Under the pieces are notes generated by a model. The model had not been told where the DNA came from. It saw nothing but the letters and a program-made list of their open reading frames with translations, and did no database searches. Below, in pieces: positions 1 to 12,300 of a stretch of DNA of 64,000 bases. Positions within the stretch are counted from its first letter, which is position 1; every line of letters starts with the position of its first letter. Origin of the DNA: Nitrospirales bacterium (GTDB lineage: Bacteria; Nitrospirota; Nitrospiria; Nitrospirales; UBA8639); contig CBDBCZ010000012.1 of assembly GCA_965203295.1 (NCBI GenBank), positions 416,001 to 480,000 of the forward strand, written 5' to 3'. A program made the position numbers and the translations under genes.

Positions 1-689
1 ATCAATGTACTCTGTCTCATATATCAATGTACTTTTGTCGCTATAAGTGTCTGTGGTTGTTTTGATAGAACAGCAGTCCCAAAGCAGCCCAAAGGTACCT
101 TTGTTCTTAGGTGTATAGTAGAACTTGTAAAAAACAGCCTCACTGCTCCAGTCAGCTGCTTGTAAAATGTCATTGTGGCCATTGCAGCTGTAGAGACTAC
201 AGCACTGTGTACTAAATGGGCTTGAAAATACCTGTGTCAATTCCTGACTCAGTGTGGATTGAATCCACCTGGCTATTGTAGAAAATCACTGAATCGTTGC
301 TGTCTAGGCTAGAAAGACGGCCAAGGTCTAACACGTACATAATACTGTACAGCAAGCGGAAGTGACATCATAAGGTCATTATGTTGCATCAAAATTAATG
401 AGAAAAACAAATCGAAATATTCCAATAAGGTGTTTGAGCTAGAGAACTGGGCCATGCGCGTTGATATATGAGACAGAGCATTCTGAAGTATAATTATGAT
501 CATTCATCAATACATACATGTGTACTTTTTCTCGCACACGCACGCACATAGATATAAGGCTGCTTTTCTCCACACAATGCAGGCTGGGCATGGGAGTGGT
601 CTGTCATATTATATGTATGTACATGTAGTAGCAAATGAGAAGTGTAGTAATATAACAGCACAAAGGAGTCAACATATTCACGCTGCACA

Positions 690-3150
690 TAGAAAATCCA
701 AAGCTGCATGGCGCCGGTGGAAGCAAGCAGGACGCCCAATGGATCCAACTCATCAGGCCAGGGCTGATTATCTGGGCAGTAAGCGAAGTTTTCGTCAGGC
801 CCTGAGAACTCTACGAAAAGAACAGGACATGGCGTTCTATGAAGAGCTCGATCTTCAGTGCAGCGACTCCTCTAAACTTTTTCGTCTCTTACGCCATCGC
901 ATGGGAACCCACTGTGACCTCTCCAAGAAGATTATTGTAGACGGAGTGGAATATGCCGATCAAGAAATTCCTGAAGGCTGGGCAAAGCACTTTGAAGCGC
1001 TGGGAACCCCTGAGATGACTGGCTTCGACGCACCGTTCCAGGATCAAGTACGCAAAGAATTAGCTGCTATGGAGACAGCCTCTGGGGAGCAAGAGGACAC
1101 ACTACTTGTGTCCATTACCAAGGCCGAGGTCGCTGCAGGACCAGACAAAATTCAGCCAGAACACTTGCGATATGGTTGTGACCTACTCGCCCAGCACCTC
1201 TCCGAGCTCTTCAACCTAATCATCAACCAGGAATACATCCCTAACTCATTCCAACATGGCCTGACCGTACCCATTCCCAAATCGTCAGATAAAGACCCAA
1301 CAAATCCCTCCAACTATCGAGGCATCACTCTTCTCTCTAATGTTAGCAAGCTCCTAGAAAAAGGTATCTTACAGAGGTTGCATGATCGCTCAGATGTTGC
1401 TTCTCGGCTAAGCCCACTTCAGGGTGGTTTTAAACCAGGGGTAGGTTGCCTCCACTCGGCAATGGTTTTCCAAGAAGCCATCCAGCACATCAGAGAGAAA
1501 GGAAGGAAAGCCTATGTCGCCCTCTTGGACGTGAGGAAAGCTTTTGATATGGTATGGCACGATGGGCTATTCCGCAAGCTTTACCAGATGGGGATTAAGG
1601 ACCACACTTGGAGGCTGTTGAGAAAGTGGTATTCGTCATCATCTTGCTCAGTCCTGTGGAAGGGCCAATGCTCCAGACCTTTTCTTATTAACCAAGGTGT
1701 CAAGCAGGGAGCTATACTGTCTCCCCTCTTGTATAGCATATATCTCACTGATCTGTTAGTAGAGCTGCAGCAATCAAACCTTGGGGCCAAAATAGGAGAG
1801 GTTTACTGTGGGGCACCAGCTTATGCCGACGACCTAGCCCTGGTGGCCTCCTCCCCAGAGGAACTGCAGAAGATGCTAGACATTGTACATAGGTACTCGA
1901 ATAAATGGAGGTACAGGCTGAACGCGTCCAAATCCAAAGTCATGATCTTTGGCTCAGCCAAGCCCAAGAGCTTAAATGTACATCTGTCGCTGAACGGTGA
2001 TCCCCTGGAGATAGTGGAAGAATATACTCACCTTGGTGTCCTTAGATTCTCTGGCCGCTCCACCATCAACAGAACTATTCGCCAAATTAGCACAGCAAGG
2101 TCCTCCTTTTTTGCACTGAACAGAGCTGGGTCTAGGTTCGGATGTATTCACCCCATAACCTCTATGCGGCTTTACTATTCCATTTGTCTCCCCCGTATGC
2201 TCTATGGATGTGAGCTCTGGGCCATTACCGAAACGGAACTAGAAATGCTCGAGAGATCACACAGGAAGATTCTTCGTACCATTCAAGGTCTCCCTGTACG
2301 CTGCCCCAACGCTGGCCTGCTTGCCGCAATGGGTGCCCAGACAATCGCTGACACGATAGCCGCTAAGAAGCTCCTTTTTATTCATTCAGTGATATCACTT
2401 CCTGAGCACGCCCTCCCTCGCCAGGTTCTGGTCAAACGATTACAAACAGGAAATGCCAAAGCTTGGCTCCCCACCGTGCTACAATCCCTAGATGCCCTTA
2501 ACCTCCCCTCCCCCAATGATCTGTTGCTGCAAGTTCCAGCTAAGCCTGTCTGGAAGAGGGTAGTGGCCGGTGTTATTCGGTTAAGAGCAGAAATGTCCCT
2601 ACTTGATGAAGCAGAGCAAAAATCAGACCTTCAGCTCCTCACTCAAATGGACCGGCAGCCAGGTAGCCCATCTCCCCTCTGGGCTAGTACACACTGCAAG
2701 GGCCTACTACACCTCACCTCCAAGAATAATTTTAGAGTACGCCTGCTCCTTGGCTGCCATGGGCTGGAAACAGACGCCGCCCGTTTTCGGGTGAGGAAAG
2801 GGGGGCTCAGGGTCGGTTCTTCCACCTGCAGGCTCTGCGATCAAGGAGATGAAGACCCTACCCACTTTTGGCTACATGCCCTGCCCTCGCTGGAAGGCGT
2901 GCAGAACTGCTCCAAGCCATGCCCCTTGCGTTGCACGTCGTTGTCCCCGACCCGGCACGTGAGCCCGTTGAATTCACTTCAACCCTGCTGGGCATACCCT
3001 GGATAGACGACACAGAGTTCCAAGAGTTTGTCATTTCTTTTATCACCGAACTCAAAGCTCTACGCGCAGATATCCTGTTGAACAGTCCTTAACAATCACC
3101 CGCAAAAAGGCGGTACTCTCCCGAAGAGGAGGCAAGAAAGAAAGAAAGAA
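690..3150 (+). mobile_element. 5'-truncated non-LTR retrotransposon (LINE; RT plus C-terminal CCHC finger; RTE-X-like, clade uncertain)
   Basis: ORF 496-3006 has RT motifs NYRGITLLS, LQGGFK, LLDVRKAFD, QGVKQGAILSP, AYADDL, YTHLGV. A -1 frameshift at ~2868 continues into 2868-3092 (CRLC..EDPTHF/ATCPAL). Short 3' UTR then (AAGA)n tail 3134-3150. No endonuclease domain; the 5' junction near 690 is approximate. Confidence 0.92.
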
Positions 3151-3345
3151 TTAGGCAGTACAGATGTTATACAACACAATCATGTACACATGCTTAAAAG
3201 AGTTTAAGCATTGGCCCTAAAAATTATTTTCGTATATTTTTGTACATGAATGCGCCCCCCTAATTTTGAGATTACTGCTCCAAAGTGCACAATAAGTGGC
3301 AGGTTTTCAGTTGTATACATACACATGTATAGGCATTACACATAC

Positions 3346-6300
3346 CTTCCAGATCGTGCACTGCTGCTAGCGCTGGAGCCTTGTGAATCACCAAAACTGG
3401 ACATTTTGTTGGTTGGCCTGCTACCACTGTCCCTTGCAGATCCATGCTGGCTTCCAAACGCACTGTGCTTGCTGAATTTCTGTTGTGATGGGGTTTCTTT
3501 GCTACTATAGCCAATGCCAGAGTAGCTGGAATAGCCCGGAGAATCATACCTGAATAGAAACCAACCACTATAAATATAGTACATTTGCTCAACATTAAAA
3601 AATGATAATCAAATATCCCTTTCACCGGGATAGGCCACTTTACTGCCCAAAGAAACAAAAGATAGCCCATACTTTATATTAACCGGTGTAAGGGATATGC
3701 GCTAAACTGTGTAAAAGGTGATCCTTAAAAGCATGTCACTTTACTAACCATCATTGGCATATGGACAATGTATAATGAGAAGTTTTTACAAGGTGCAAAT
3801 TCACTGCTTTTGTGGGCATATTCATTGACATAGAACAAAACAATGACCCCCTGGTGTCTGGAATAGCATTTACAAAATCTATCATCACTGATACACTTGT
3901 GTGCCAACGATGGTTGACAACCTGTAAGAAGGCAGTGAAAGGAATATATTCAGGTATATAGCGGAGTACAGCCATAGGCCCTTGTGTGTCTCTGGAGCGG
4001 TAACTGACGTAAAGAGTAAGCCCAGATGTCTTTGGAGCTCTTACAGCCGAGTCGATATGAACAACACAATGGTTTGTCATTCTGCCAGGTGGTGGCTGAT
4101 GGGCATGGCCATTGAGCTTCATTGATATTATTATGAAAACTGCTTCAAAAGGAGTCACATGAAAATTTGTACCAGTGAAAATTTCCCACTGTACACTATC
4201 ATTAGGATTACCACTAAAGGACTAACATATAGCTTATATACGTATATACATACAAACCTAGAAGCACTGCTAAATCCAAACTCATCCTCCGGGTAGCTGG
4301 ACAAATGAAAGAAATGAATGAGATGTATGTATGTATGACGTGTTGATACGTACGACAATTTCATATCTATAAACCAGCTGGGCACTGTAACACCCCATGC
4401 CAGCTAGTCAGCCAAGAAACGATCTAGGTCATCCTTGAAAAAACTACATACATGTATATGAACATTACAGTGATAATGCAATGCAGCTTCCCCAGCATTT
4501 TTATTAGTAAGTCTACAGTTGGCAACAGTCAAAAAGGAGGGCTTCACTGCCTGGGCATAGCTAGCCCACTGTAGTTCGGCCTGGAAGCTTCCAGTAGTAG
4601 CCTCCTGAGAGGTTTTTCCCATAAAATGTCGAGCTTCCTCTAACAGCGAAAGATCCATTCTGGCCGAAGGAAAGAAATAGCTGGTAAGAATCAATGCCTG
4701 GCCTTTTGAAGATAGCGGGCAACGAGGATGCCAGCCCTAGCATTTACCCTTAGCTAGCAAGTAGACAAGCTTTGAAGGGTGCTATGGAACCTGAAACAAA
4801 GCACTGTAGACTTAGTCTCCACTGCTACATCTACTCAACCACTGGCTTACTGTCACCCAGAATAGTCCTTCTGTTTGTAATATGCAAAGTTCGTGCTTGA
4901 AATGCAAAAATAATTTCTTTCACTGACTATCAGCATGAGAAAATCAAAAATTTCACCAGAATAAGATAAGTGTGCAACAACCACCTGTCAAAGTTAGAAC
5001 GGCGAGGCCCGGACATAATCTTGTCCATCCTGGTGCTACTGGTCTTCACTGGGCCTGTCTGGTCAATGGTACCCATACTTGATGAGGCAGAATGGCTCTG
5101 TGAACTAAGGTGAAATTAGAGGTAACAGCCAAGACCTGTACTGTTTGAAGACTTACAAAGATATTATTTAGTAAATGAGCTAATCAACTCTATGTATTAA
5201 GTTATTACAAAAATGACAGAAGACCTTAGTGACAGGCTCACTATACAAGACTAACTACCCATACTGTATACTACCCAAAGTAAAGTGGACAAAAACTAAG
5301 AAGTACTTGTTAAAGTTGCTTGCTGCCGTTACTCTGTACGAATAGAAATTAAAGGTGTCATCTGCATACGATTTCATTTAGCATCTGCCAGTGACAGGAG
5401 TGCTGCTTTGTTTTCATTTATCTATGTACTGACGGATCAGAGCCTGAGCCACGTGGAGGCAGTAACTCTGAGGAGACTATGAACAACTGCAAAACAATAC
5501 AGACACGCTAGGACTTAAGTGGCCCGCCCATGGGCGGATAATATGTAGTTTACGGTACTGAAAAATAACGGCAGTCTCATGTTAATAACCTCCTTCCCAG
5601 TGAAACATAGAGAAAGACGCGTTTATCGCTGACATGAGACTGCCATTATTTCTTAGCACACAGTAGCTATAATATCATGTCTCAGCAATATTAGTAAATG
5701 CAAAAAGCTTACCTCATTCTTCCCATTCCCATGCCCAGTCTCTCTGCTTGCTTAGCCTTGCGAGGGTCCAAATGCCTTGGCTCCCAGACGCCCAAGTCAT
5801 GTTCAAATTGCTCTTCTGCCACAGGTGTTGTAGGAGAATTTTCTGCAAAATAATAACAATTGCACTCGTATGTACGTACATACGTGTATGCACTACTACA
5901 CACTATCCTAATCAGAACTATCCTAATCAGAGACTAAGCTATGGCTAAGTTTACACTGTCAGTCAAAGCATCACTATGGAGGTTGTTTTTCTGGCTTACA
6001 AATTTCAAGCACGCTACAACGTAGTTCAGAATCTACATATTGGCTTCCCCACATGTGCAGGCTTATGTATGTCAGCAAATAAAGTACACTGCTAACTCTT
6101 CAAGAGATGAAAAGCTTCCTGAGAGAGTTAAGAAATCCCCCCCTCCCCCCCCCCCAAAAAAAACAAAAAAAAAACAGCTGGGGATTGAACCCAGGACCTT
6201 CTGAATACTAGTCAGATGCTCTTACTACTGAGCTACTGGAACCCCTTGGCAGAGGAGCAGTAGGCAAGCTCTATATAGCCACTAAACCTACTAGTATAGC

Positions 6301-9300
6301 AATTGCCAGTAGGACCCAGTCAATTCCAACTGTAATTACTCTCTCATTAGGCCGTGTACAACCAGTGACAGATCAGCAATATTGCACGGGGAATTTTAAA
6401 TATGGCGATTAGTACTGACGTATGACGCAATTATTTAGTGTGCAATGCCTTCTAGCAAGCTATCTTTCGATCCAGCACTCGGGACCAGCAGCTTGGAGAA
6501 GTACATAGCAGCCTTTAATTGTCACTTCATTCTCAGCAGCATACTTCCCAATCTGTCTGTTATATTCATGACTGTATTTGCTTGAGGTAAGACACTCACA
6601 GGCTTCGGGTTCAAGTCTCTAGATACAAACCTTTGTTGGCCTGCAGTTTAATGTCCTTATCGGAGAGAAAGAAATCGCCGCATGTTTGTGGAGAGGGAAG
6701 AACAGCTACTTTTAAAATACTTCTACATGTACATCGACACGGTCAAGTTTCTCTCATACGTGTAGCTAGATAGCTGCAGATACGTGTGTGGGTTTACGGA
6801 TTACATCACGCTTTTAATGCATTAAATAGCTGATTTTTACAATTTGTTAAACTGACAAATTGAAGTCTCCGCCAATTTTTCCTGCTATATGTATTAGAAT
6901 ACAAACCTGGCTGCTGATGTTCTTTCTGTTCCTTCTCCGCCTGCTGCTCTATCTCTGAAAATGCCTTTGTGATTTTCTGCCCACCAAGACCCTTGCGTGC
7001 ACCCAACTACACAACATTAGAAATAGAATTCAGTAAAATAAAATCGAAAATCTTCAAAAAATGTTATACCATACATAAAGTCATGTCCTAAATAAATATC
7101 AGCCTTTATTACCCACTTGATATTCTTATTAGTATTCTCCCATTGATTCTGGTTTCTGGTACATGGCTGTGCTGTACTTCATCTAATATCCACGCGTAGT
7201 TCATTCAGTTCATGCATAACGTTGGTGAGTTATAAGCTTCACTCTCATGTGTTGCCGAATGGCTGCTTAGCATAAATTGTATGTCATGTAGTGCAGTTTT
7301 TAGTTATGGTGAAAGTGGGTAATAAACACAATATCGTATGTGTGAAAGAAAATATTGCTGGATATTGCAAACGTAGGCAGAATTTTCACTCGCCTTCGGC
7401 TTGTGAAAATACAACTGGCTACTCATGCAATATCCAGCCATATTTCACTTTCACCCGTGCAATATATACATACCTGTATATATTTGCTATACTGCATGTA
7501 GATGTGCAGCTACTGTGGTTCCTAGCTGTAGTTCAGTTCTGCTACAGTTTCTAGTTCAGTTCTGCTGCTACAGTTTCTGGGAGCGTTTTGCTGGCTGTAG
7601 CTAATATTTTGTGTCCTACTCTACATGTAAAACTCCTGTCTTTATACTAGCTTACTGAATCATCCCTAATGAACGTGCTTTTTGAGCTTCTACAATGTAG
7701 CTTGTTATGGTAAATCTTGTTAGGCATGGTACATGACAGATAGACCACTGTGTAGCGCGGTGTACGACCCATTATCTCCCACACTTCTACCTACTAACAC
7801 ATCCATTCCAAACTCACGCCTGGTGTTTTCCTCTTTGTGATGACAGAGGTCTTGAGATCTATCAAATAAAGTACAGGCATACACAATCGGAAATTACTCT
7901 CTGTTACTCTTATGAGGTGCCCATGAATGCTTGCAAAGGGTGCTATAGCTAACACAGCATGTCCAAATCTATTCCTTTATAGTGTAAGCAATCAAAACAC
8001 AGACACCTATTATCGTAGATTGGAAAATTTTCGCTCGTAAAAACATTTGTTTACTTGTTGTTTAATTTTTGTCGCTTTGGTACACTGGAAGTTAAGCGGT
8101 ATAGGTCAACAGTCAATGTTGAATAAGTTTGTGTTTTCATTTTCGTTGTGTAGGGTACCGAAGGAAATTTATTAACAACAAATTATTTTCGATCTACAAT
8201 ACATACTTGGCAGTAGAAGTGATGAACAGAAGACCTACATGTACATACCACACGTGGACAAAGAGACAAACACTACATGTAGATCGACAGTAAGAACAAT
8301 TAATGGTAGGAGAAGAGATGGGTGCTACATGTGTTCAATCTTCCCGTCTATACATGTGCTTTTCTATCCATCCTTAACCTCCTCCTAGCATATCTATCCA
8401 AATTGTTACAAAATAAGGCTATTTTATTTTTTTGTCCCCTGTAGCTCCAATTGGAATTCCCAATCAAACATTGGCATAATACCCCCCCCCCCCCTTTTAA
8501 TTCCTACTATAGCAAGTTAGGATTCAATCAATTCATTGTTAAGCAGAAGACTCGATCTGTCTATGGAAGGAAGGAAGTGCCTAATGTTCCTGGATGGGAA
8601 GATGCCAAGGCGAGAGCAAGGTGGTTCCAAGGGTCTGCTTCCTCTATACAATTATTTATACATTCAACCACGCACCTTGCTTATGTAGTATGGTAGGAGC
8701 ATTTGGGCTGGAAGGTGAGTGCAGTCCGTCTACACTGGGTTGTCGGGTATCATCAATGGAGTCCAGCGGATTGCTATACGTAGTAGGCTTAGCTGACACA
8801 GAAACTGCGGACATGTCCATGTTGAGGTCTAAGGTACATGTAGCAAAAATTGGACACTGGATGATAGAAAACACCTCACAAAGAGTATTATTGAATGCAT
8901 CTCAAAACCTCTCAATGAAGCAGCTGTCTCTTACATGTAGATATCCTCTCATAAGTTACTACATACATACCATCTAAATCCTGGCCAGGTATCTGTGCCT
9001 GTGCTATAGCTGAAGTAAAGAAGTCCTCTTCCTTAGAGTCACTCTGATGGGTTTCAATGTGTACCTACAGAAATGAAAATACCATGCATGCACTTTAAGT
9101 AAAAACTGCAAAGTTGCAGGTACATGTAATTGTATACCGTAGACTTCATTTTCTCAATTACTTGATCCTGCTTTTTCTTCTATAACAGAGCCACCTCACA
9201 CTATCAATGAGCCAAACATCACCAAACGCAACTGTTCAAGTATCACGGATCCAAAACGTGGTTATGAGAGGGGCACAAAACTCACAAGAAGTGGCTTCAC

Positions 9301-12300
9301 TACAAGAGCAATGGTACTGCAAATGAACTTAAACTCTTTTGTGGAACCAGTGGGAGCAAGAGCACATAAATTTTAAGTTACAGAAAAGGCACTTTACCAA
9401 AAAGTGCATAAAATATTCATGTAGGGATGCACTTCCACAAAAACAAAGCAAACAAGCTATAACCTACACCGAAATGGGTTCACAGACTACCTACACATCA
9501 GAGCCCAATGTATTACAGAGTAGCTATATACAAATCATAGTGCAGTGAGTTTGCAGAGACCATCCTGGGTAAGGAGATGTAGGGAGGATGGTCTCCGTAA
9601 ACGCACTGTGTATATACATGTAGCTACTCTGTAACTGGACTCTTTCCCAGAAACTGCATGTGCGAAAGGCATTCCACAAACTGTTCACCATCTGGGCTGT
9701 CATTCCTTCCAAATGGCTTCATAAGGTTTCATGGCAACATACCCACAAGCATACTAAACAGCGCTTTCTTCTAATGACATGAACACAGATCTGACAGTTG
9801 AAGATGGTGGTAAAGTTGAACTCTTTTCCAAAAGTGGCAAGTTCAGAAGCTGCCTTCACACTTTGGAGTGTAACAACATTTGCCATACATGTACGTGTAG
9901 GTAAATTAAGCACCATGTACATGTATAAAGTCTTCCATAGCCCAAGTAGTTTCTCGACGCTTAGCTGAACAAGCGCCTTCTTCTTCCCAGTGGTTGGGCC
10001 TGGCCAAATAGCTGTCACTGCTTTTGAACAAAAATCGCCAAAAGCAGGTCTATAGGTACTTCCTTCGTGGGCATGCACTAGTGCTGTAAGAGTGTATTTT
10101 CATCTCATACATTTCATAGACCATGTGAATACTAACAACCTCCTCTTCGTTTCTTACAGCTGTTGAAGTCAACATTCAATTTGCATCTTTTCTAGTGATG
10201 CCTGTTGATTTTTATTGCAGCTGTTGCCACACAGAAGAGACATGACATGCTGTGTGCTTGCATGGGAACCTACCAGGAAGGTGTTCAACATGGAACTGGT
10301 GGAGACCAGATTAAATGTGCATGCAAAAGGCGGCTGCATGTGGGCTATATGGTGGATCGTGTTGTAGAAAAGGCTGGGAAAGACTCTGTCCTTACTATGT
10401 TGCATACCATATAGCGCTTAAATTTGGCAGGTCTAAAAATTTGCGAATAGCCATTGTTGTATGTTTTGTTGAAATAATTTTACGAATTTTTTGCTGAAAT
10501 ACGCCACACCCACGTAGGCCTACTAATGAATTTATGGGCAGAGCGTACCAGAGTAACTAAATGCGCACAGATTTACAGGAAGCTTTAAAAATAGCGAATG
10601 GTGACTAGCACTTCATGCTCTATTGCTCGCTTTCCAATTTCGGCCTTCTTCGCTCTCATTTTCAGATATGCTTCCCTGACCTTCACACCGGCAAATGGCT
10701 AAAGTACAGCAACTTCGCTGCTTGCCGCAGAAATTGCAGACGAGGGCACTTGTTTGGAGAGCGCTCCTCATGGATCTGGCAACTTGGACCCCGAAAACTG
10801 TCCACCCACGCTCTTGAAGCACCGAAACCATAGATAGTATGCACTCTACTTATCTTTGTAAAGCGGAAGTGTAAAATTTTCGTTGAAATAATTTTGTGAA
10901 TCGTTCCAAATTCATGAAAATCGTGAAATTAAAGACCAATACAGTACAACGCTTTGCTGAATTCCATTCTCATTAGACCTCAGGCACATGTACAGCTGTG
11001 TGCAACGCCTTGTTTTTTGCTATTCTGAAACTGTGAAAATACGATGCATAGAACATGTCTTTTACTAGAGTAATACATGCACCTCAACATGTATCTAAAG
11101 TTTAGGAACCATACCGAGCCTTACCTTTGGTTCAGAGCTCAAACTTTAGTTGATAATGTAGATAACTGGTGATACAGGTGACTTGCAGTATTGACATGAC
11201 CTTTATCACAGCACTCAAATATAGATCAAGTAAATTGTAGTTAAAAAAAAACAGTCACATGTACCTACAATTTTTCTTAATGGCTATCATAGAGCTAATT
11301 AGATGGCCAATGTCTAATAATTTACCTCTGTGCCATATTTCTTTTGTGCAGCAGCAGCCAAGTTGTTGAGTTTGTCTCGATACAGGTGTGCAGCACGGCT
11401 GTTGTACTTGGCATGAGCTTCTTTTGTTGTGCAGCCATGTTGACGAAAGTAGGCAGTCTGGATTAGAAATAAGGAAGCACACGTAATAAGAAGCTAATAA
11501 TGGCAAACATACTGGAAAAACTAATCAACAGTTTGATGTGAGGTCCCCACACTATACAGTTGCTTGCTGCACTTCCCAAGCCTGCCGACTACATCTTATT
11601 ACCAGCCGGAGCGCGCGCAGCGCGTGAACGGCTGGTACTAAGATTGATTTACATGTACGTTTTCCGCGTCTGTTTGTTTGTTTGTTTGTCTGTCTGTTTG
11701 TTTGTGTGTCCGCACTTATCACGTGCGCAAAATATTACGTCATACGTTACTATGCAACTGCAGTGTATAGAAGCTTGTGGAGGTTTGCGGGCCAAGCTAC
11801 AGCAAATGAAGGTAGTTTTGTGTTGCCTAGATGGCGAAAACGTGGTAGGTAGCCGTAAAGATCCTGTTTTGGCGGCATATAGCTACTATCTGGAGGCGCA
11901 TGACGAAACTGCTGAGTCAGCACTTTCGCTGTACCGTTCTAGGAATATAGTATCTCTGGCTCTACAGCTGTAGTTTAATAGCTTGGTCTAAGCTGAGTTG
12001 TGTGTATTGTACGGGAAAGGTGTCCGGCTGGTTTTTAGACATGAAATGTCAGACTTGTTTTATATACATGTAGAATTGCAGGGCATGAGCACCTGATTCT
12101 CTCGCCCGGATTTGCAAAATTAATTATTGGAATTAGCCTCATTCCCAGTCTCTTACAGAGGTGGAAAGGGGACGAGATAGAATGACTATCTTGGCCTAAA
12201 GTTCTTCCTACAGACTAGATGGACAAAATAGTGTAGGGCACACTAAATTCCACAAAATAATGCAGTGTCAATAAATTATTCCTATATTACTATATGGACA

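Noticed and set aside
309..503. ORF 309-503 (-) as the next ARFGAP exon
   Set aside because: Only vague resemblance (ISTRMAQFSSSN); lacks the expected AISS motif and no convincing phase match.
496..690. N-terminal 65 aa of the 836-aa ORF as part of the LINE protein
   Set aside because: AT-rich intron-like sequence with TACATGTA-type motifs; an accidental open extension ahead of the 5'-truncated element.
4390..4800. LINE 3' remnant on minus strand ([11 protein letters not shown])
   Set aside because: Only one short motif; too weak to call.
8581..8643. Extra in-frame ARFGAP exon ([21 protein letters not shown])
   Set aside because: Would need a 32-nt upstream intron and a weak GC donor.
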